From: Thermoproteota archaeon
GTDB lineage: Archaea > Korarchaeota > Korarchaeia > Korarchaeales > Korarchaeaceae
Reading direction: 5' to 3'
Assembly (NCBI GenBank): GCA_027492205.1
Contig: JAOZFN010000007.1
Location: 150,045 to 214,044 of the forward strand
Length of the DNA: 64,000 bases
The position numbers and the translations under genes were made by a program. How positions within the stretch are numbered: the first letter of the stretch is position 1; each line of letters starts with the position of its first letter. The notes beneath the pieces were generated by a model, which saw only the letters and a program-made list of their open reading frames with translations, did not search any database and was not told the origin of the DNA. Shown here piece after piece: positions 25,023 through 33,460 of this stretch.

Positions 25023-26285
25023 TCACGGCAGGACCCTATCGGGGTCCCTGGGGAACAGCGAGGCCTCTCTGATGTTCTTGAGTTCCAGCATCTGCTTCAC
25101 GAGCCGCTCTATCCCTATCGCGAATCCGCCGTGGGGCGGGGCTCCGTAGCGGAAGAACTTGGTGAACCACTCCATCGACTCCTCCCTCATGCCCTTCTCC
25201 CTGATCTGCTCGAGGAGGACCTCGTATCTGTGCTCCCTCTGACCCCCGGAGCTGAGCTCGAGGCCTTTGTAGAGGAGGTCGACGCTTCTCGCCCACGGGG
25301 GCTCCGCCTTCATGACGTAGAACGGCTTGGCCTCGAACGGGAACCTGTTCACGAAGAAGAAGTCGCTGCCGTACTTCTCCCTCACGTACCTCCACAGCAG
25401 GCCCTCTGACTCGGTGTCGTAGTCGCTCCCGTAGGATATCTCCTTCCCGAACTCGGCCAGTATGTCGTAGATCTGTGGGAACCTGAGCTCGGGAAACGGG
25501 GTCTTCGGGACCTCCAGCTCCACCCCCAGCAGCTCGAGTTCCCTCGACCTCTCCTCCAAGACCCTCTTTATCCCCGAGACGACCACCTGCTCCTCGACCC
25601 TCATCACGTCCGTCTCGTCTGAGATGAAGGCCATCTCCACGGCCAGAGATCTGAACTCCGTTATGTGACGCGTCGTGTGGCTCGGCTCGGCCCTCCAGTT
25701 TGGTCCGAGGTCGTATATCCTCTCAAATCCCCCGAGTATGGTCAGCTGCCTGTGAAGCTGAGGATCCTGCCTCAGAAAGGCCTCCCTCCCGAAGTAGTCG
25801 ACCCTGAACACCTCGGCGCCGCTCTCGCTCGCGGCCCCTATGAGGGCGGGGGTGAAGACCATCAGGAAGCCGTGCTCGTCGAGCCAGTCGGTCATTCCCC
25901 TGACAAGGGACGCCGTGATCTTGAATATCGCCTGGACCTCTGGCCTCCTGAGGTCTAGTGGCCTGTTGTCAAGCCTCGTCGGAAGCAGGGCTGGGACCTT
26001 CCAGTTCGGGTCCAGCGGGAGCTTGGGCTCAGCCCTGCTCAACACCTCTATCCTCTCGGGGATAATCTCCAGGTCCACGGCCCTCGCCTTCTTCTCCGGC
26101 GCCGGCTCCCCGTACGCGACCAGGACGGTCTCCTGAGTCAGGTTGTCGGTCACGTCAAAAAGCTCGTCTGGAGTGACTCCCCTCTTCAGGGTCAGCTGGA
26201 TCTTCTTTTCCCACGTCCTGAGAACTATGAACCTGAGGTGCCTGCCGACATCCCTTACCTCGCTAACCCATCCGCCCACCTTCAA
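25023..26285 (-). CDS. aspS: Aspartyl-tRNA synthetase (archaeal type)
   Basis: 420 aa. It has an OB-fold N-terminus (GGWVSEVRDVG) and class II motifs (FRVDYFGREAFLRQDPQL, GGFAIGIERL). The TTG start overlaps the ileS 3' end by 23 nt. Confidence 0.9.
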   Translation of the reverse strand: MKVGGWVSEVRDVGRHLRFIVLRTWEKKIQLTLKRGVTPDELFDVTDNLTQETVLVAYGEPAPEKKARAVDLEIIPERIEVLSRAEPKLPLDPNWKVPALLPTRLDNRPLDLRRPEVQAIFKITASLVRGMTDWLDEHGFLMVFTPALIGAASESGAEVFRVDYFGREAFLRQDPQLHRQLTILGGFERIYDLGPNWRAEPSHTTRHITEFRSLAVEMAFISDETDVMRVEEQVVVSGIKRVLEERSRELELLGVELEVPKTPFPELRFPQIYDILAEFGKEISYGSDYDTESEGLLWRYVREKYGSDFFFVNRFPFEAKPFYVMKAEPPWARSVDLLYKGLELSSGGQREHRYEVLLEQIREKGMREESMEWFTKFFRYGAPPHGGFAIGIERLVKQMLELKNIREASLFPRDPDRVLP

Positions 26286-29247
26286 CCTTCATCACCCAGA
26301 TCCCGAGCTTCGCTCCGTCCACGTCCCATATCCGACCGTAAGCCTCGGCCGGCGCCTCATCCTTGGCGGCCAGTTTAACGAACTCCAGGGCGCCGCTCTC
26401 CCTCTTCAGGTTCTCGGCGTACGTCTCTGCGGCCCTGAGAACGAGGTCGCTGTCGCTCCACAGGAACACCCTGACCACCTCCTTCCCGACCGTGAGCCCC
26501 ATCTCCTTCCTCGTCTGCTGGACCCTCCTCAGCACCTCGCGGTAGATCCACTCGAGCATGTCCTCATCTGTGAGCTTGGCTGGGAGGTACACCTGGCCGC
26601 CCTCGAACTCTACCGAGGTCCACTCCCCCTCTGGAGGCTCTGCGGCGACCCGCACGCCCTTCACGTTGAGTTCCAGTTGGAGGACGTCTGCGAAGTCCCG
26701 CGCCGCCCTTTGAACCTCGCCGTCTGTGGTGACTATCACGAGCTCCCGCAGGGGAGCTCTCCTCTTCAGCTTGGCGTTAGCCCTCGCCTGCAGGCCGGCC
26801 TTGATGATCGCCCTGACGGCCTCCATCTCGGCCTCCAGTTCGAGATCCCTCCAGTCCGACCTCTCCGGCGGGAACGAGAGCATGTTCACGCTAACCGGCT
26901 CGCCTTCCTGCTTCAAGGACTCCTGGTAGATCTCCTCCGCGATGAACGGCGCGAACAGCCCCAGTATCGGGAGCATGTAGCGGAGCACCGTGAAGAGCAC
27001 GTTGGCCTTCGCGTGGCCTTCCTCGCCCCCGCTCCTGAGCGCGGCCCTCACCGCGTGGAGGTACAGGTGGCTGAGGTCCTCCACGTAGAACTCGAGCACC
27101 GCGGACGCCGCCTCGTGGGGCGACATGCTGTCCATCGCCCGAGAGACGGTGTCCCTGACCGAGGCGGCCCGGGAGAGGATCCACCGGTCGACGGCCGGCA
27201 GGTCCGAGAGGTGGGCCTGCACGTATCCCTCGTCTAGTTCCATGTCTGCCATGTAGGTGGATGCGAACGTGTGGATGTTCCATATCGTGTTGAGAGTCCT
27301 TACCATGTTCCTCAGGTCCTTCCACACGAACTTTATGTCGCTCCACTGGGTTCGCGTCATTACGAACAGTCTGAACGCGTCCCTGCCCACCTCTGCCACT
27401 ATCTTGTCGGGCGGCTCGAAGTTACCCAGGGACTTGTGCATCTCCTGGCCCTTCTCGTCGAGCATGAAGCCGTGCATCAGGACGGACAGGTAGGGCGCCC
27501 TGCCGAAGAGGAGCACCCCCAGCCTGAGCAGCGAGAAGAACCACCCCCTGGTCTGGTCGTGGCCCTCCGTGATGAAGTCGACTGGAAACAGTCTCTCAAA
27601 CTCCTCCGGGTTCTTTGGGTAACCGAGGCTGGCGAAGAAGGACACCCCCGAGTCATACCACACGTCCACGATGTCCGGGACCCTCCGCATGGTCCCGCCG
27701 CACTTGGGGCAGGAGAAGGTGATCTCGTCCACCCAGGGCCTGTGCAGCTCCGCAGGCCTCCTCCCAGCTAGCTTCTCCAGCTCGTCAGCCGAGCCGACGA
27801 CGACGGTGTGCCCGCAGCTCTCACACTGCCAAATGGGCAGAGGGGTTCCCCAGAACCTCTGGCGGCTGATGACCCAGTCTCTCAGTTCCTCTAGCCAGTT
27901 CCTGAATCTGTCTCTGGCCCAGCTGGGGGACCACCTGACCTTTTCCATCTCCTCGATGAGGCGGTCCTTCAGGTCGGACAGGTGGACGAACCACTGCTCC
28001 GTTGCCCTGATGATGAGGGGAGTCTTGCACCTCCAGCACACTGGGTACCTGTGGACGATGTACCCAGCTCCGGCCAGGGCGCCGAGTTCCTCCAAGTCCT
28101 CAATTATCCTCGGATTCGCATCCCGAACGGGAATGCCCGCATAGGGGCCAGCCTCCTCGGTGAACCTGCCCGAGTCATCCACCGGAGACAGGATCGGGAG
28201 CCCCCTGTTCAGGTGGACCTCCTCGTAGTCCTCCTGGCCGTGGCCGGGGGCGGCGTGGACGCACCCGGTCCCCTCCTCCGTCGAGACGTACTTCGAGCTG
28301 AGGATGACCACGTGACCCCTCTCCAGATTCTTCAGGGCGGGGACCGTCTCCCTGAGGGGGTGATCGTAGGACAGGCCCTCCAGCCTGGAACCTGGAAACC
28401 TCTCTATCACCTCATAGTCCTCCCACCCCAGCTCCGAGGCCACCTCCTGCAGCCTGGCCTCCATGAGTATGAGCACCTCGCCTCCAACCCTGACCCGGAC
28501 GTAGGTCTCCTCCGGGTGTACCATGACCGCCACGTTGGCCGGGAGGGTCCAGGGAGTCGTCGTCCAGATGAGGAGGCTCTCCCCGGGCCTGTCCTTAAGT
28601 GGGAACTTCACGAATATCGAGGGGTCTCGGAGGTCCTTGTACTCGCTCACCTCGTAGTCCGCAAGCACGGTCTCACACCTGGGGCACCAGTGAACCACCT
28701 GAACGCCCTTCTTCAGCCTGCCCTCCTCCCAGATCCTCTTGATGCCCCACCACGCGCTCTCGATGTAGTAGTCGTCCATGGTGCGGTAGGCGCCCTTCCA
28801 GTCCAGCGAGGCCCCGAAGTTCTTGAAGTGGAGGGTCATCTCCTCGATGTTCCTCTCGGCGAACGACCGGCACCTGTGAACGAAGTTTCCTATACCAAAG
28901 CTCTCTACGTCTCTCTTTGTCCTGAATCCGAGTTCCTGCTCCGTCTTCACCTCGATGGGAAGGCCGTGGCAGTCCCAACCGGCCCGATCGTTGACGTCGT
29001 GCCCCCTGGCCCTGGCGTAACGGATGAAGGTGTCTTTGAGGACCTTGTTCCAGACGGTGCCGGGATGGGGCTCTCCGGAGGACGGGTAGGGTGGGCCATC
29101 GAGGAAGTAGAACTTCGGTCCTCCCTTCAGGCGGCGCCTGAGCTCCTCGTATACGTCTTTCTCATCCCACAACCTCAGAACCCTCTCTTCTACGTCTTTG
29201 GGGCTGTAGCTCTTGCTGAGCCTACCTATCCTGGCCAAATCGGACAC
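26263..29247 (-). CDS. ileS: Isoleucyl-tRNA synthetase
   Basis: 994 aa. Contains FLDGPPYPSSGEPHPGTVWNK (archaeal HxGT variant of HIGH), GWDCHGLPIE and MHKSLGN (KMSKS region). GTG start at 29247. Confidence 0.92.
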   Translation of the reverse strand: MSDLARIGRLSKSYSPKDVEERVLRLWDEKDVYEELRRRLKGGPKFYFLDGPPYPSSGEPHPGTVWNKVLKDTFIRYARARGHDVNDRAGWDCHGLPIEVKTEQELGFRTKRDVESFGIGNFVHRCRSFAERNIEEMTLHFKNFGASLDWKGAYRTMDDYYIESAWWGIKRIWEEGRLKKGVQVVHWCPRCETVLADYEVSEYKDLRDPSIFVKFPLKDRPGESLLIWTTTPWTLPANVAVMVHPEETYVRVRVGGEVLILMEARLQEVASELGWEDYEVIERFPGSRLEGLSYDHPLRETVPALKNLERGHVVILSSKYVSTEEGTGCVHAAPGHGQEDYEEVHLNRGLPILSPVDDSGRFTEEAGPYAGIPVRDANPRIIEDLEELGALAGAGYIVHRYPVCWRCKTPLIIRATEQWFVHLSDLKDRLIEEMEKVRWSPSWARDRFRNWLEELRDWVISRQRFWGTPLPIWQCESCGHTVVVGSADELEKLAGRRPAELHRPWVDEITFSCPKCGGTMRRVPDIVDVWYDSGVSFFASLGYPKNPEEFERLFPVDFITEGHDQTRGWFFSLLRLGVLLFGRAPYLSVLMHGFMLDEKGQEMHKSLGNFEPPDKIVAEVGRDAFRLFVMTRTQWSDIKFVWKDLRNMVRTLNTIWNIHTFASTYMADMELDEGYVQAHLSDLPAVDRWILSRAASVRDTVSRAMDSMSPHEAASAVLEFYVEDLSHLYLHAVRAALRSGGEEGHAKANVLFTVLRYMLPILGLFAPFIAEEIYQESLKQEGEPVSVNMLSFPPERSDWRDLELEAEMEAVRAIIKAGLQARANAKLKRRAPLRELVIVTTDGEVQRAARDFADVLQLELNVKGVRVAAEPPEGEWTSVEFEGGQVYLPAKLTDEDMLEWIYREVLRRVQQTRKEMGLTVGKEVVRVFLWSDSDLVLRAAETYAENLKRESGALEFVKLAAKDEAPAEAYGRIWDVDGAKLGIWVMKVEGGRMG

Positions 29248-29287
29248 CTCTCAGGGAGACCCGGGCCGGGCGGAAGTGCTCGGAAGA

Positions 29288-29296
29288 TTTAAAATT
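29288..29296. promoter_or_regulatory. TATA element TTTAAAATT upstream of the 5S rRNA gene, possibly shared with divergent ileS
   Basis: It is centred about 24-27 nt upstream of the predicted 5S 5' end and about 45 nt from the ileS GTG. Confidence 0.55.
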
Positions 29297-29315
29297 CAGG
29301 AAGGGAGGGGAGGTC

Positions 29316-29445
29316 GGGGCGAGCGGCCATAGTGGCCGGGGACACACCCGGACTCGTTCCGAACCCGGAAGTTAAGCCCGGCCACGTCCTGCGGAGTACT
29401 GGGCTCCGTAAGGGCCCGGGAAACGCAGGAGCTGCTAAGCCCCCC
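29316..29445 (+). rRNA. rrf: 5S ribosomal RNA (orphan, not linked to 16S/23S within this window)
   Basis: GGCCAUAG...CUCGUUCCGAACCCGGAAGUUAAGCCCGGCC...GUACUGGG is the archaeal 5S signature. Helix I can form between GGGGC-GA-GCGGC (29316-) and GCUGC-UAA-GCCCC (-29443). The ends are approximate, within a few nt. Confidence 0.85.
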
Positions 29446-29477
29446 TTCTGACAATCACGCCGCCTGACCATACTGAC

Positions 29478-29482
29478 TTTTT
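29478..29482 (+). terminator. T5 tract downstream of the 5S rRNA
   Basis: TTTTT lies about 35 nt past the predicted 5S 3' end and is the only oligo-T in the spacer. Confidence 0.35.
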
Positions 29483-29518
29483 ACGGAATCCGCCGACCGC
29501 CTGCCACGGGTCTATTCC

Positions 29519-30757
29519 ATGCCAGCAGGCATTTCTGAGACTGCCAGATATGCCATTGAGAACCCTAGCTCGATTAGAGAGATAATGAACCTCGTTGCGG
29601 ACTATGAACGGAACCCAGAGAAGTACCCGCGCCCCTTGGTATATTTAGGCGGCGGGTGGCCCCAGGATCCGCCGCCGAAGCCGCTAGTAGACGCGATGAG
29701 GGAGCTCTGGGAGGATGAGAGGGAGATACGGCTCAGCGCGAGATACCCTCCTACCAAGGGAGACCCAGACTTCATAGACGCGGTTGTGGAGTACGAAGAA
29801 GCAATCTTCGGTAAGAAAATGTCCAGAGACGAGATAATCTCGGGTCTAGGCAGCACGGACCTGGCGGGCGGTCTCTTCCTAGCAACTATGGACAGGGGTA
29901 GCGAGGTCATAATGGCGAGGCCGTGCTACCTCAATTACCAGCGCCAGCTCCTCGTAGAGACGATGCTGGGCGCGAAGCTGAAGTACTGGAACGTGATCAA
30001 GGGGGGGAGATTCGAGCCGAACGTCGACGAGCTCCAGGAACTCATCAGCCCGGAGACCAGGATGCTGATCCTAGTGACCCCCGGAAATCCGGACGGGCAG
30101 GTCTTCCCGGACGAGGTGATCTCGGCGGTGTCGGACATCGCCGAGGAGAAGGGGTTCTGGGTCCTCTTGGACGTTGCCTACCGCATGTTCCACTACTCCG
30201 GCGTGCCGAGCTACTACTCTCGCCCCAGGAGGGAGAGGGAGATCTGGCTGGCGTCCATGTCGAAGGAGTTGAGGGCGCCCGGATGGAGGCTCGCTTATCT
30301 CTACGCCGATCCGGAGCTCATCAGGGCCGTCGAGACCGTTCAGCAGGCCAGGACGCTTGCCCCGACCAGGATCCCGCAGAGAGCGTTCGTGAGGATGATG
30401 TCCAAGGAGGGCGTGAGGGGCTGGCTGAGGAGGTACATGCTGGAGGAGACTCCGAAGGTCTACGGAGAGATCGCGAGGATGACGACGGACCTCATGTCTC
30501 AGATTGAGGGAATTCGGGTGCTCCCGCCTCAGGGTGGGTTCTACGTGTTCTTCAACGTGGAGTGCGTCGAGCCCAGCTCCAGGAGGTTCGTCCAAGGACT
30601 TCTGAACGAGTGGCAGGTCGCCCTCGCTCCGGGAGTCGATTTCGGCATGGAGGGCTGGGTCAGGCTCTCGTTCGCGCCCGCCGTGGAGGAGCCGGAGAAG
30701 ATAAGGGAAGGGGTGGAGCGGATCTCGCAGTACGTGGCGGGACTCAGGTCGTCGTAG
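29519..30757 (+). CDS. Class I/II PLP-dependent aminotransferase
   Basis: 412 aa. Contains VTPGNPDG, the PLP-lysine segment SMSKELRAPGWRLAYLY and the C-terminal VRLSFA. Confidence 0.85.
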   Translation: MPAGISETARYAIENPSSIREIMNLVADYERNPEKYPRPLVYLGGGWPQDPPPKPLVDAMRELWEDEREIRLSARYPPTKGDPDFIDAVVEYEEAIFGKKMSRDEIISGLGSTDLAGGLFLATMDRGSEVIMARPCYLNYQRQLLVETMLGAKLKYWNVIKGGRFEPNVDELQELISPETRMLILVTPGNPDGQVFPDEVISAVSDIAEEKGFWVLLDVAYRMFHYSGVPSYYSRPRREREIWLASMSKELRAPGWRLAYLYADPELIRAVETVQQARTLAPTRIPQRAFVRMMSKEGVRGWLRRYMLEETPKVYGEIARMTTDLMSQIEGIRVLPPQGGFYVFFNVECVEPSSRRFVQGLLNEWQVALAPGVDFGMEGWVRLSFAPAVEEPEKIREGVERISQYVAGLRSS

Positions 30758-30817
30758 GCCCCTTGGCCTGAATCCGGAAACGGTTAACAGGAAAGGGGGC
30801 GCATCTCTGGCTGGGAC

Positions 30818-33046
30818 ATGTCGGAGGAGGGGGTGTTCTACCACATAGAGGGAACCCCCGGGGGTGTCTCGCTGTGGCTCGGGGGAGGTAAGAGCGTCGA
30901 GGTTGAGTTCCACCCGTACTTCTTCGTCCCGAAGGACTCCCTAGACAGGGAGACGGAGATTAAGCTGAGATCAAAGGCCCTCCGGGTGGAGGAAACCGTC
31001 GGCTACGATCCCTGGTTTGAGAGGAAGTTCCTGAAGGTGGTGGGAAGGGACGAGGAGGACCTCAGGAGGTTGGCGAGGCTGGTTCCCGATCCGTGGGAGT
31101 ACTCCATCCCCACGTGGCAGAGGTTCCTCCTCGATTCCAACCTGAGGCCTTTCTCCAGAGTCGTCTTCGAGAACGGCTCTCCGAGCCAGGTGAGCGAGGG
31201 GTACCTCGACGATCTCAAGGTCCTCTACTTCTCGGCGCTGATATACAGCGAGGATGGCTTCCCTGTTCCCGGGAGGAGTCCAGTCCTCGCGGTGGGTCAC
31301 TCCACCGACGAGGGTCCCGTTGAGGTGATATCCTCGGAGGACGACTCTCAGGTGATAAGGGAGTTCCTCGACGTCGTTCGAAGGGAAGATCCAGATGTGA
31401 TAGTCGGGTACGGCCAAGACGCCGACGAGCTTCAACACATGAAGGCCAGGGCGAAGCTGCACGGTATGAAGCTCACCCTGGGGAGGAGGGGAGGAGAAAC
31501 GGAGGAGACGGGCAGGTTCTTCCGCGGGATAATACTCGTGGAGCAGAGGATTTCCGGCAGGGCCAACGTTGACATGTTCTCAATAGCTTGGCGGGACTTC
31601 CCCGGGCTCCCCACCAAGTCCTGGTACGAGCTGGCCGACGAGCTCGGCGTGCCCAGGCCCAGGCCGGTTCCCAAGTTCAGGATAGCCGAGAGGTGGAAGT
31701 CCGACAGGGACGGTCTCCTCGCGTATCTCAAGGCGAAGGTAGTCGCCATAAGGAACCTGGCGGAAAAGCTTCTCCCGCACCAGGCAGAGCTTGCGAAGCT
31801 CACCTACAGGCCCCTGCAGGAGGTCACGAGGACTCCTGTGGGCGGCCTCGTCGAGTCCCTCGTCGCGATTCACGGGAAGAGGAGGGGGTGGGTGATTCCT
31901 CCCCAGAGGAAGGAGGAGAGGGGGTTCATTGGCGGATACGTGTGGCTAAAGTCCCCTGGCATCTACCAGAACATCTGCTACCTGGACTTCAAGAGCATGT
32001 ATCCCAGCATCATGATACTTCACAACATCAGCCCGGAGACCGTGGAGCCCAAGGAGGGCTTCTGCTCCGTAGAGGAGGTCTCGGCGGAGGGCATAACCAA
32101 GAGGGTGTGCTCGGACAGGCGCGGGCTGTTTGCCGAGATCGCCTCGGACCTTCTTAGGAGAAGGGCAGAGATCAGGAGGGAGATGGAGGGCCTACCCCCG
32201 GACGCCGTCGAGCGGAAGAGGCTGGACGCGATCCAGAAGGCCATCAAGGTCGTCACGAACGCGATGTACGGCTACATGGGGTGGGAGGGCGCGTCCCTGC
32301 GGAACGTGCACGCGGCGGCTCTCACGGCCGCCTTGGGGAGGCACTACATCAAGAAGGTCGTGGAGATACTGCAGGAGAGGGGGCTTGAGGTCATCTACGT
32401 CGACACCGACGGCATTCAAGTCGTCGGAGGGTCCCCAGACGAATACTCCACTCTGCCCGACTGGCTGAACGAGCGGGTTCCCCTGACCATCGACCTGCAG
32501 TACGTGGCCGAGCGCGGCCTGTATCTCACGAAGAAGAAGTACGCCCACCTCGTCAACGGCAGGGTGGTGGCCAAGGGCTTCGAGTTCCTCAGGAGAGACT
32601 ACCCGCCGATCATCAAGAGGGCCCAGGAGGAGGCCGTGAAGATGGCCCTTCAGGGAAGGCCCCTCCCCGAGATTGAGAAGAGGGTCGCAGAGTACAGGCG
32701 ACTCCTGGAGGGGGGTAGAGTTCAGAAGGAGGACCTGATCTTCATCGAGACTCTGGGAAAGAAGCTGGAGGACTTTGAGAGGAAGACGAAGGGCTACGTC
32801 GCCGGGCGGTGGCTCGAGGAGAACAAGGGCATTGAGGTCCACAGGGGGCAGGTCCTGAGGATAGTGATCGTGAGGGGTCACGGGAGCGTAAACGAGAGGG
32901 CTCGTCCGGCCGAGTTCTTTGACGTGGAAGACTGCGACCTGGACTACTACCTCAAGCTGCTCGATCAGGTCATGGAGAGAACTCTGAAGGCCCTCAAAGG
33001 AGTGGGCGTCGAGGAGGGCAAGAAGGGGCTAGAAGAGTTCTTCTGA
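30818..33046 (+). CDS. polB: Family-B DNA polymerase paralog (PolB2/PolB3-like) with intact polymerase motifs and degenerate 3'-5' exonuclease motifs
   Basis: The polymerase motifs are intact: A (LDFKSMYPSI), B (KVVTNAMYGYMG) and C (VIYVDTDG). The Exo I position reads YFSALIY instead of FDIE. Exo II reads GYGQDADELQHM. Exo III reads AYLKAK instead of YxxxD. Confidence 0.9.
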   Translation: MSEEGVFYHIEGTPGGVSLWLGGGKSVEVEFHPYFFVPKDSLDRETEIKLRSKALRVEETVGYDPWFERKFLKVVGRDEEDLRRLARLVPDPWEYSIPTWQRFLLDSNLRPFSRVVFENGSPSQVSEGYLDDLKVLYFSALIYSEDGFPVPGRSPVLAVGHSTDEGPVEVISSEDDSQVIREFLDVVRREDPDVIVGYGQDADELQHMKARAKLHGMKLTLGRRGGETEETGRFFRGIILVEQRISGRANVDMFSIAWRDFPGLPTKSWYELADELGVPRPRPVPKFRIAERWKSDRDGLLAYLKAKVVAIRNLAEKLLPHQAELAKLTYRPLQEVTRTPVGGLVESLVAIHGKRRGWVIPPQRKEERGFIGGYVWLKSPGIYQNICYLDFKSMYPSIMILHNISPETVEPKEGFCSVEEVSAEGITKRVCSDRRGLFAEIASDLLRRRAEIRREMEGLPPDAVERKRLDAIQKAIKVVTNAMYGYMGWEGASLRNVHAAALTAALGRHYIKKVVEILQERGLEVIYVDTDGIQVVGGSPDEYSTLPDWLNERVPLTIDLQYVAERGLYLTKKKYAHLVNGRVVAKGFEFLRRDYPPIIKRAQEEAVKMALQGRPLPEIEKRVAEYRRLLEGGRVQKEDLIFIETLGKKLEDFERKTKGYVAGRWLEENKGIEVHRGQVLRIVIVRGHGSVNERARPAEFFDVEDCDLDYYLKLLDQVMERTLKALKGVGVEEGKKGLEEFF

Positions 33047-33067
33047 GCCCTCGGCGCGGTGAATCAC

Positions 33068-33406
33068 TCAAAGCTTCAGGAACTTCAGGGGGAGCTTGCC
33101 CGTCTGCCTGCTCCTCCTGGCCTGCAGCGGCCTCTTGATCTTCCTATCTTCCTCAGCCCTGGGCCTGACGAGACCCATGTGAACGGCGCAGCTGATGCAG
33201 TAGTACCTGGTCTCGAGCCTCTTGGAGATGTAAGCTCCCTGCTTCTCCAGCTCCCTCGCCAGGGGTCCGCCGATGGGCGAAACCCACCTGGTGATCCTCA
33301 CCGCCTTGTCCGCTGGGACGAGCCTCCCGCAGGCGTGGCACTGCACAGGCTTCTCGTGACCTGAGTCAGATAGCTTCCTACCCCTGCTCTTCCTCTTCTT
33401 CGGCAT
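33068..33406 (-). CDS. rps26e: Ribosomal protein S26e (eS26)
   Basis: 112 aa. MPKKRKSRGR...VQCHACGRLVPADKAV...YYCISCAVH matches eS26. A TATA (TTTTATA on the minus strand, 33440-33446) lies about 37 nt upstream. Confidence 0.9.
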   Translation of the reverse strand: MPKKRKSRGRKLSDSGHEKPVQCHACGRLVPADKAVRITRWVSPIGGPLARELEKQGAYISKRLETRYYCISCAVHMGLVRPRAEEDRKIKRPLQARRSRQTGKLPLKFLKL

Positions 33407-33460
33407 ACGCGTTTCCCCAGGGGACTGGGCCCGCCCACCTATAAAAGGTAGTTGTGGGGA

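Noticed and set aside
26143-29292. Two very long + strand ORFs (26143-27237, 364 aa; 27982-29292, 436 aa) antisense to ileS and aspS
   Set aside because: They lie entirely opposite a full-length IleRS with unmistakable motifs. Their translations are Arg/Pro/Leu/His-rich low-complexity strings with no recognisable domain. Long stop-free antisense frames are expected in GC-rich coding DNA.
29289-29471. 60-aa minus-strand ORF
   Set aside because: It lies directly over the 5S rRNA gene and is an artefact of ORF calling on a structural RNA.
30071-30913. 280-aa minus-strand ORF antisense to the aminotransferase gene and the PolB paralog start
   Set aside because: It overlaps two well-supported + strand genes and the spacer between them, and it has an Arg/Pro/Leu/His-rich composition.
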